From UHGV virus genome UHGV-1375174: a DNA stretch of 63,697 bases. One strand, given 5' to 3'. Both the position numbers and the translations under genes were made by a program. Position 1 is the first letter of the stretch; the number at the start of each line of letters is the position of its first letter. Below the pieces are notes generated by a model. The model did not search any database. It saw only the letters and a program-made list of their open reading frames with translations, and was not told the origin of the DNA. Below, one piece after another: positions 56,757-63,697 of this stretch. This DNA comes from a virus.

Positions 56757-57257
56757 TTACATGGGATGGGTGTTGACGAGAGGTTTGATCTTGTCCATCA
56801 CATCTTTGGTCAGAATCTTGGACATGATGAACTCTTCAATGCCGGAGGCTTCACGCAGAGCGTCGACAGACGCAAGCGTGGCCGCGTCGATGGCCGTCAG
56901 GAAGTACTTGGCTTTCGGATCGTCTTCACCTACGTTCGAGACAAACGCACCGCCCATGATGGACAGAGCCTGAGCCAAGCTGAACTTGAACAGAGCTTCG
57001 TTCAGCGGGTTGGACTTGATGAATCCGCCCATGCCCCAAGGCAGGCCGGACGCAATCACATCGGTCACGTTGTTCAGAACCAGACGACCAGCGGCGAGCT
57101 TGGTGATAACCACACCAGCTTCCTTGGTCTTGTCGATCTGCCGGTGCATGGTGGGAGAACTGGTCACGCTCTTGGCAATGCCGATGACCTTGGCACCGAA
57201 ACCAACCGGCTCATGTGCCGCTTCCATGTCGAGAATGATCTCATTGTCTTTGTTCAT
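56757..57257 (-). CDS. Hypothetical protein (166 aa), GC-rich
   Basis: ORF. The opposite-strand 555-aa ORF is an Arg/Gly-rich shadow. Confidence 0.4.
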   Translation of the reverse strand: MNKDNEIILDMEAAHEPVGFGAKVIGIAKSVTSSPTMHRQIDKTKEAGVVITKLAAGRLVLNNVTDVIASGLPWGMGGFIKSNPLNEALFKFSLAQALSIMGGAFVSNVGEDDPKAKYFLTAIDAATLASVDALREASGIEEFIMSKILTKDVMDKIKPLVNTHPM

Positions 57258-57287
57258 GTACTACATACCTCCGTGAGTTTCAGTGTG

Positions 57288-58373
57288 TTACTTGCTGGCC
57301 TTGGCGATCTCGTCAGAGATCTGCTTGCACTTGTTCTGCAGGGCGATGCTGCGCTTGCGCAGGTTCTGGATGCTGTTGCGCTTTTCTTCCACGGCCTTCT
57401 CGGCGCCGGACTTGATGATGGGGTCGGTGATCTTGTTGATGGTCTTTTCGCTGGCAGCGAGAGCCTTTTCACCTTCACGCAGTTCAGCTTCCACGTTGGT
57501 CAGCTCATCCGTGGCTTCAGCCAGACGCTGTTCACGAACCTTGTTCATGCGGTCATCGTTCTTCCGCTTCTGGATGGCCTTGGTCACCACGTCACGGTGG
57601 AACTTGCAGAGGTAGCTGCCTTCCAGCTTGCGCTCGTCATCGGTGATGTACTTCTGCGTGTCCTTGTCGGTGGGCAGGTGGAAGGGCTTCTGTTCAGCCA
57701 CCTTGCGAAGGACACTGCCGCAACCTTCAAAGGCGCAGCGCAGCACAGGCTTCTCGGTCTTGGCATCCTTGCCGTCCTTGGTGGGCAGGAGAACAGGCGT
57801 AGCCACTTCGGGGCCGACCTTCACAGACACGGGTTCAGCGGTGACTTCTTCCTTGGCTTCGGCCTTGTTGGGATTCTCGATGGCGTTGGCAGTGACACCA
57901 GCGGGCTTGGCCTGCGTGGAGAACCGGGGCTTGGTTTCCTTGGTGCCGTCAGACTTGGGCAGAACACCGAGCATCTGAAGGAAAGGCTTGGAGTCAAAGG
58001 TCTGGGAAACCACGGCCTGCATGTCAGCCGTCGCGCTGTCTTCGGCGGTGCCCCTCATCTGGAACACACCCGCCTCGTCGCACACACGCAGGAGTTCATC
58101 GGCGGAGTCCATCGTCATGCCGAGGCCGAGGTAGTGCAGAGCTTTGCCATGAGCGGTGTCCGGGTCAGCGAGGGACGCAGCGGTCAGCACAGCGGAGGAC
58201 GTGAGCACACCCTGCAGCACAGTGGGGTTGGCAAAGAGAGCTTCCTTCGCAGCCTTGCCTGCGATGCGAGCGGTCACGAGCTTGCCAGCTTCAGCGTTGG
58301 AATCAAGGACAATCTTGAAGATGTTACGCATGGACATAGTAGATACTCCGTTTGTTTGATGGTTGCAGTTCAT
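57288..58373 (-). CDS. Hypothetical protein (361 aa; the start may be the internal MSMRNIF), with a helical K/E-rich C-terminus, GC-rich
   Basis: ORF. Confidence 0.45.
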   Translation of the reverse strand: MNCNHQTNGVSTMSMRNIFKIVLDSNAEAGKLVTARIAGKAAKEALFANPTVLQGVLTSSAVLTAASLADPDTAHGKALHYLGLGMTMDSADELLRVCDEAGVFQMRGTAEDSATADMQAVVSQTFDSKPFLQMLGVLPKSDGTKETKPRFSTQAKPAGVTANAIENPNKAEAKEEVTAEPVSVKVGPEVATPVLLPTKDGKDAKTEKPVLRCAFEGCGSVLRKVAEQKPFHLPTDKDTQKYITDDERKLEGSYLCKFHRDVVTKAIQKRKNDDRMNKVREQRLAEATDELTNVEAELREGEKALAASEKTINKITDPIIKSGAEKAVEEKRNSIQNLRKRSIALQNKCKQISDEIAKASK

Positions 58374-58398
58374 TGTGTATATGGTACAGTAGCAGGTG

Positions 58399-58932
58399 CT
58401 ACTTGCCCAGCTTGGAAGGGGCGGTGCCCATGACGTAGGCTACGGCATCAGCCTCAGCCTTTCCGATGTCGAGGACAGAGAAGCCAACAGACCTTACCGG
58501 GATGTCGTCGTCAGGTTGCGACAGTTCCATCCCTATGCCGGGATACTTACGCTCAGCGTACTTGGATTTACCCCGGCGTTGACGTTCACGAGCGATAGCA
58601 GCGGCTTGCGATCTGGTCTTGCCACACGCAGGACATTTGCACGTGGGGCACAGGCGTTCGTACTTATCACCAACAGGTACGAGTTCCAGCCTGCGCTTGA
58701 CACGCTCAATGATGCGAGCCTGCGGACTGCCGTGCCCATAGAACTCAATCAGTTCCTCAAAGAACTTGACAATCTCGTTGTCAAGAATAGCAGAACCAAC
58801 AGGTGTTCCCATAAAATGTATCTCCTTGTTGTTCATTTGTTTCTTTGTAAATGTTAAGCCAGTCTTCCACAAGTTCCATAGCCTGCGGTCGGTCGGACTC
58901 AGCACAGAGCCCAGACCTGAGCATGAAATCAA
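58399..58932 (-). CDS. Hypothetical protein with a CPTCKCPACGK zinc-ribbon-like motif (177 aa; the start is uncertain)
   Basis: ORF. Confidence 0.4.
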   Translation of the reverse strand: MISCSGLGSVLSPTDRRLWNLWKTGLTFTKKQMNNKEIHFMGTPVGSAILDNEIVKFFEELIEFYGHGSPQARIIERVKRRLELVPVGDKYERLCPTCKCPACGKTRSQAAAIARERQRRGKSKYAERKYPGIGMELSQPDDDIPVRSVGFSVLDIGKAEADAVAYVMGTAPSKLGK

Positions 58933-58987
58933 AGATAGCTTTGTAGTCTACCTCCATGTTGAAGTCCTTATGTATATGACGCCTGAG

Positions 58988-59272
58988 TTATTCAGGCTCT
59001 GTCGTGTCACGCATGTAGTACGCACTCTGATACGCGGTGATTTGCGGATGCACAAACGTATACAGTATGGGGGCAGGGTATTTTGCAATGAGGCACTTGA
59101 GCGCAGCCTCAACTGCACGCGCCCTCATATGGCACTGTCTGGTGCGCTTATGATCAATGTTCGTCAAGATTTTCTTTCCGTCCTTTTCCTCGAAGCGGTA
59201 GCAGTATCTTGCTTCCATTGCGAAGAACGACCAGAGGTACAGCAGTTCGTTGAAGTCCCGAAGAGAAAGCAT
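58988..59272 (-). CDS. Hypothetical protein (94 aa)
   Basis: ORF. Confidence 0.35.
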   Translation of the reverse strand: MLSLRDFNELLYLWSFFAMEARYCYRFEEKDGKKILTNIDHKRTRQCHMRARAVEAALKCLIAKYPAPILYTFVHPQITAYQSAYYMRDTTEPE

Positions 59273-59334
59273 CTCTTGCCTCCTTACACATGCGCAGTAC
59301 GTCCTGCCATGTTACGTTTATTAGTGTTCATATG

Positions 59335-59643
59335 CTACCTTTCCTGATGTTTGATAAGTTCAGAACGAATCCACCAGAAGCGAAAGTCCTCTGCCGCCTG
59401 AAAGCCGTACTCTTTCTTGATAAATTTGTACAGGTCAGTATTTATGAAGTAGCCTTCATCGAACAGCACCTTAGCTCTGGCTACCAGTGCCGGGGGAAAG
59501 TATCGATAGTCTTCAAAGAGCCGTCCTTCTGGGTCACGGAAGTCTTTGACAGTTTCCGTATAGCCCAGTGAAGGCAGGACAGCAAGCAAGACTGCGCTGC
59601 ATAGAATGCCAGCACGAATATGTTTTTTACAATATGCCACCAC
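59335..59643 (-). CDS. Secreted protein with an N-terminal signal peptide (102 aa)
   Basis: MVAYCKKHIRAGILCSAVLLAVLPSLGYTE. It conflicts with the overlapping ORF 59481-59825, which is in another frame. Confidence 0.35.
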   Translation of the reverse strand: MVAYCKKHIRAGILCSAVLLAVLPSLGYTETVKDFRDPEGRLFEDYRYFPPALVARAKVLFDEGYFINTDLYKFIKKEYGFQAAEDFRFWWIRSELIKHQER

Positions 59644-59834
59644 AAAAACCTCCTGCCTTTGATGTATGGATGCTGTGACAGAACGGTACTGAGCTGAATG
59701 ATGTGGTCATAACAGTAGTTGTAGTTCTGTGCATACCAATCCTTATAAAAGAATCGTTGTGCACGCTGTGCCATACAATCCGTAGCCAGTTTGCTAACCA
59801 TTCGGTCAAGGTATGGTTGTAACATTTGGTAATC

Positions 59835-60002
59835 CTACCGAATGAGAGGGCCGATTGACGACGCCCAGTTCATCAAGGCTTGGGTTGCCGAGTACTCAGC
59901 TTGTCCACGTACCGACCAGTTGGCACAACCAGACAACAGGATGGCACACATGCCAAGGAAGAAGATGAACAGCCAGAACGTCGGGTTAGTGTACCACTTC
60001 AT
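59835..60002 (-). CDS. Small lipoprotein (55 aa, MKWYTNPTFWLFIFFLGMCAILLSGC|ANWS...), with an ATGA overlap to the upstream gene
   Basis: Read manually. The lipobox LLSGC follows a hydrophobic h-region. Its start ATG overlaps the TGA of 59999-60151. Confidence 0.4.
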   Translation of the reverse strand: MKWYTNPTFWLFIFFLGMCAILLSGCANWSVRGQAEYSATQALMNWASSIGPLIR

Positions 60003-60151
60003 GTTTGCCTCCCCCAGTTACGCACGAGGAACAGACCCTGTGCATAGTAAGAACGAAAGATGTTCCTCCTGTCCAGATACCTACGGAACATGAACATGGA
60101 ACAACAGCCAAGACCGAATGACGACAGCATGATGACAAGAATCTCAAACAT
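59999..60151 (-). CDS. Small single-TM protein (about 50 aa, MFEILVIMLSSFGLGCCSMFMFRRYLDRR...)
   Basis: Internal start of the ORF 59999-60394. It overlaps the stop of 60144-60431 by 8 nt. Confidence 0.3.
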   Translation of the reverse strand: MFEILVIMLSSFGLGCCSMFMFRRYLDRRNIFRSYYAQGLFLVRNWGRQT

Positions 60152-60431
60152 ATTGACCCCCCCAAATAAGGGTGCGTTTCTTTCGTTGGTTGATAGGTAT
60201 CTTGACTTGAACTTTAGCCTTGAGTTCCCAGACATGATTCTTTTTGACAAAGAACTGTACACAGGTGGGCTTGGTGTTCGGCATGTTGATCTGTTCCCTA
60301 ACCCAGTTGACCATAGCTGTCTTGAAGTAGAACTTCTTGACAATACACATATGCCCTTTAATACGTTTGGTCTTCTCAGACAGATACTTACCATGAACGA
60401 TGGCTTTATAGTTAGAGTTAATCATAAGCAC
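60144..60431 (-). CDS. Hypothetical basic protein (95 aa)
   Basis: ORF. It conflicts with the plus-strand ORF 60060-60470. Confidence 0.3.
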   Translation of the reverse strand: MLMINSNYKAIVHGKYLSEKTKRIKGHMCIVKKFYFKTAMVNWVREQINMPNTKPTCVQFFVKKNHVWELKAKVQVKIPINQRKKRTLIWGGQYV

Positions 60432-60441
60432 ACCTCCTATG

Positions 60442-60470
60442 GAAGCCCCGAAAGACTCCGGGGCTTTTAA
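60442..60470 (+). terminator. Hairpin AGCCCCG-loop-CGGGGCT followed by TTTT (plus-strand orientation)
   Basis: A 7-bp GC stem (60443-60449 with 60458-60464) plus a T-run at 60465-60468. Confidence 0.4.
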
Positions 60471-61040
60471 GAATGTATGCTAGAACGAGCAACAGTCTCG
60501 CTCAAAACGCAGTTCAAGAAGTACATCTTCCTCTTCCGTAGTAGGAATGTCCTGTACGTCAAGAGGCTGTTCGGGTTTACCGTCGCACGTTCTGCCGTAC
60601 AGAGGACAAAGGATACACGTCACCGCGTTGAGACAAACCTTTTCCATCTAGCAACACTGCCTTTCAAGGATGTAGCCTTGACAGTTATGATTTAACTGGG
60701 TGCGATTGACACCCTTTGAAACAAGCTGGCTTCCGCTTTGCACGGAACATGATCAAGGTGTTACTATACTTCACAGTATAGTTTAACTAGTTCTTTGGGC
60801 TAACCTTGATACAATACACTATTACCCAATTAGTATCTGGTGTTCGCCACCAGTGCGCCAGCATGTTTCTTAGATGTCAATCTGTTTGTAAACAAGACAG
60901 GTTGTAATTTGTTCCATAATTTCCAGTAGCCGTCGCGTTTTCCAATCAGTAAGAATGCAAGGCGACAGCAAGAACTTATCCGACAGGTTGTCTACATGAC
61001 ATAGATAACGTTTTGACAGAAACTGTTTGACATTAGGCAT

Positions 61041-61316
61041 TTACAGCTCCGTTTGTACAGTGAATGTTCCATCAGGTTCAGCGTACAACCACCACGAAAC
61101 ACCGTTAGAATCCTTAAACAGAAAGGTTTCGTCTATCTGTTGAAGGTCTGCACCTATGCAGAGACACAACACGCGAGCCTCATAAAAAGTCAGATGTTGT
61201 CCGTCAAACAGTTGAGCGGCATCCCTGAATGAATCAAGCGTAGTGTTGTTATCATATACAGGACGCAAGACGGTTCCCATGTTGTCTACTCCTTTGTTAG
61301 ATTCATGGCACAACAA
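61041..61316 (-). CDS. Hypothetical protein (91 aa)
   Basis: ORF. Confidence 0.4.
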   Translation of the reverse strand: MLCHESNKGVDNMGTVLRPVYDNNTTLDSFRDAAQLFDGQHLTFYEARVLCLCIGADLQQIDETFLFKDSNGVSWWLYAEPDGTFTVQTEL

Positions 61317-61372
61317 AAGCCCCGATAAGAACTTGCCTATCGGGGCTTCAATGTGACGTGAATGTAGGGGGC

Positions 61373-62286
61373 TTAGAGTTCGATACCCTTTTCAACGGCG
61401 GCGTTCAACAGGGTATTGTAGATGTATTCTTCTTCGGCAGACAGGTTTGTAGTATCGCAGTTGGATACCATCTTAAGCAGGGACGTGAAGGGCAGACGTT
61501 CCCCCTTGAGCAGACGCACCTTGGTGAGCACATCTTCGCTCATGTCGTTTTCGTCCGCGTTTTCCAGCATCTGGATGTAGTACTCCAGACCATGCGGCGT
61601 TTCAATGCCGGGGAACTTGCGTACGTCATGCACGCCGGACGCCTTCGCCTGTTCCAACAGCTTGTTCAGCTTGTTGGTGAGGCTGGTGTACTTCGCCATG
61701 ACTTCTTCTTCCGTCAGAGGCTTGTCACCACGACCGCCAGACTTTTCACGCTTCCACGTATCGAAACGCGGGGCAGAGCGCAGGGAACCAATCACGTAGT
61801 CACACAAGCGCATCATGCCCGCAGGGTCGTTGACGTTCCCGCCCTTATCACGAGCGAGCTTGTCAATTTCGGCAGCGTCGCACAATTCGTCGCAACGCTT
61901 AGCGACCAGCTTGATGGACGACTTAAGGTCAACGATCGTCCCATCGTCCAGAGTGATAGAGCTGGCGTCCTTCCCCCCGGACAAGGCGAAGGGAGCGAAG
62001 TAGAACAGCCAAGAAGTCCACGCCGGGCGGAGCTTTTCCGAAAGGTTGCCAAGAATGTAGTTCAGAGGCTGGTTGTTGCTGTTCATCATGGCGGCGCGAA
62101 CAGCGTACAGCGTGCAACGAGTGACACCGTTGACAAACTCCTTTTGAGAGTTTACAAAGACGTTGACCTGCGCCCTGAAGTCTGCCTCTGTCCAGTCCGT
62201 AATCTTGGCGGGAGCAGTGGCAATTTCAGCAGTAACGGGAGCGATAGGAGTAGCGATAGCAGCGTTCATAGTAATACCTCGTATGT
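61373..62286 (-). CDS. Hypothetical protein (about 304 aa from MNAAIATP; the ORF extends to 62365), GC-rich
   Basis: GAGG lies 8 nt upstream of the internal ATG. The plus-strand mirror ORF is Leu/Arg/Val-rich junk. Confidence 0.45.
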
Positions 62287-62361
62287 TTAAAGGTTTGTAG
62301 TCGTTTGGAAAGTCCATTGCCTTATTGCAAAAGCCTAGAGGTCTAGGCTTTTGTATATAAA

Positions 62362-62892
62362 TCAACGGAAACGCCGGGACGACCGCGTTGAGGTCATGAT
62401 GTAATCGTCTTCCGTATGCACGACGACCTTAGCATGACGACTAACACGACGCCGAACCTTTTGCGGTTTGTCCAGAGTCACAAGGGCACAAGCGTACCCG
62501 TCTTGCTTGTCCATAGCCTCACCTCTGCCCACGTTTTCAGTACGATACTTAGCGCGTGGACGTTCGCTTGTACGCACCTTGCGTATGTTGATACGCTTGC
62601 CATGCCTACCGGATACAGACTTGTTTTGTCCATATTCAGCAAACAGAAAAGGTACGTCTGCCATGCCCGGAAGAATACGATAGCCTGTAATTTCATCAAC
62701 AGGCAAATCGTTGGGATTGATGAAGGAACCTGTAAGAGAGTTCTTAAAGCCGATACATTCCCCGCGCTTGTTCCACACGGGAATAATGCGTGGTTCTTCC
62801 TTTTCCGTTTGATAGAGATTAGACAAGCCCTGATTCCTACAGATATTCAGGGCATTAGCCTGCCTCTTATAACCTTGTGGCTTATCGTGCAT
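62362..62892 (-). CDS. Hypothetical basic protein (176 aa)
   Basis: ORF. It is the first gene after the 0.8-kb 3' noncoding region. Confidence 0.4.
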   Translation of the reverse strand: MHDKPQGYKRQANALNICRNQGLSNLYQTEKEEPRIIPVWNKRGECIGFKNSLTGSFINPNDLPVDEITGYRILPGMADVPFLFAEYGQNKSVSGRHGKRINIRKVRTSERPRAKYRTENVGRGEAMDKQDGYACALVTLDKPQKVRRRVSRHAKVVVHTEDDYIMTSTRSSRRFR

Positions 62893-63245
62893 AAGTCAAC
62901 TCCTAAGTTAAACAACTTGACTGGTTGCAAGGGTATAACGCACCCAAGGCACCCCATTCCCCTGCAACTGTCAAACTGTTTACAGACGGAACACCTTTGT
63001 CTATTATTTATAGCCGTTGTACTGTCTCCAACGCAGGATGGAACGCATCCTTTTAACGCCAATACTCTACGGCTGTAACTTTTCTAAGGTTACTTTCAGT
63101 CTACCCTTTGAGCCGACTTATCGCATTGCTAGGTTGTAAATCTGCAATACCGTTTACGGTTTATCGGTAGACTATAGGCTTGCTGTAAGTAGGACTTACC
63201 ACTAACCTACCTTGCACAAGAGCACAAGGCTACCAGTTAGCTTGT

Positions 63246-63292
63246 TCCGTCCTCTTGCTTATACGTCGCACCTGTAGTTACAGGAGTATATA
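63246..63292. repeat. Nested perfect palindrome: CTTGCTTATA ... CCTGTA-gt-TACAGG ... TATAAGCAAG
   Basis: The 10-bp outer arms are exact reverse complements. They enclose a 6-bp inner palindrome. It lies in an ORF-free 0.8-kb region. Confidence 0.55.
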
Positions 63293-63697
63293 AGCAAGCC
63301 TCGCTTTTCTGTACATCGGAGCACTTCTTAGCTTGAACTAACAGGCAAACCGCACCCAAGGCACAATTTGCAAGGTAGCATAGACAAGGTAAGTTTTACG
63401 CGCATCCAACGCAAACCTGCAATCCGATTTTCCAAAGAGCCTTATTAAGCTCTTGGCATGATTGTAACTTGTGTATGTGCTACAATCCTAGCAGGACGAC
63501 ACACTAAGCTAGTGCCGTAGTATAAACCTAACTAACTCGCAAGCCTACGTTTTTCAGGCGGCTACGCTCTTGTTCCCACGGCGGCAGTAAAGCGGCTTGT
63601 GGTACTATCCTTTGCAGACATCCATCTACTAAAGGCGGCCTCTATTGAGTTAGCTTGTTGAAAGCAGTCTCTCACAAGGTTTTGCGCTTGTCAAGAG

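Noticed and set aside
56766-58433. 555-aa plus-strand ORF spanning the GC-rich island
   Set aside because: Arg/Gly/Val-rich with no stops, as expected for the antisense of high-GC coding. The minus-strand genes are compact and protein-like.
60060-60470. Plus-strand ORFs 59842-60093 and 60060-60470, which end at the 60442-60470 hairpin
   Set aside because: The minus-strand alternative has a lipobox lipoprotein, a TM peptide, and ATGA or 8-nt translational couplings, all consistent with the surrounding minus-strand block. The plus-strand proteins lack features. The question is still not fully resolved.
61358-62290. 310-aa plus-strand ORF opposite 61373-62365
   Set aside because: Leu/Arg/Val-rich shadow. 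The minus strand has an SD-like GAGG and a protein-like sequence.
1-63697. tRNA genes, CRISPR arrays, and an integrase or attachment sites
   Set aside because: No GGTTCGAATCC-type T-arm with a matching acceptor stem was found in any noncoding stretch. There are no regularly spaced repeats with spacers. There is no tyrosine or serine recombinase motif. The element therefore looks like a lytic or virion genome rather than an integrated prophage. Note that the tRNA check was done by eye only.

Overview
The window reads as a complete or near-complete tailed dsDNA phage (Caudoviricetes) genome of about 64 kb. It is dense with overlapping ORFs and has no rRNA, tRNA, CRISPR array or integrase that I could see. 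Start codons are preceded by Shine-Dalgarno-like AGGAG/GGAGG, and many intergenic regions carry a cTTGACAa motif with a TATAnT hexamer 16-17 bp downstream. Both point to a host with sigma70-type promoters and SD-dependent translation.

There are two convergent blocks that meet at a bidirectional terminator around 30.5 kb:
- **Plus-strand morphogenesis module, 2.5-30.5 kb.** It runs from a putative small terminase and the large terminase (Walker A GPVGSGKS plus nuclease motifs) through portal, acidic scaffold and major capsid protein (with a hairpin terminator after it). Then come several small structural genes, two tail fibers that share an N-terminal domain (one with a tail-collar domain, one with a Gly-rich C-terminus), further tail proteins, a Gly/Ser-rich protein, a 2326-aa giant protein with an HExxH motif, and a membrane protein.
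- **Minus-strand replication and nucleotide-metabolism module, 30.5-62.9 kb.**
  - *Nucleotide metabolism and repair:* ThyX (RHRxxSxxxxSxRY), a DHH phosphoesterase, an M15 peptidase, an ATP-dependent DNA ligase (KLNGVR), a MazG-like protein and a Cas4-like nuclease.
  - *Replication:* a family-A DNA polymerase whose gene is split in two by a free-standing HNH endonuclease gene. Four more paralogous HNH genes cluster nearby. A DnaB-like helicase and a TOPRIM/zinc-ribbon primase flank an AT-rich iteron region that is a likely replication origin.
  - *Unusual proteins and a compositional island:* two large proteins with arrays of CxxC zinc ribbons, one fused to an M28/M42-like peptidase fold. A GC-rich (~55-60% versus ~43-45%) island at 53.5-58.4 kb includes a GNAT acetyltransferase. 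Small membrane and lipoprotein genes (possible lysis/spanin-like) sit near 60 kb.

Both window ends are long, structured noncoding regions with direct repeats and palindromes.

The most notable observations are:
- the polymerase gene split by an HNH endonuclease and the cluster of five HNH genes;
- the iteron region between primase and helicase;
- the giant virion-module protein with a zincin-like motif;
- the pair of zinc-ribbon-array proteins;
- the GC-rich island;
- a promoter/terminator-defined noncoding unit at 1.1-1.5 kb.
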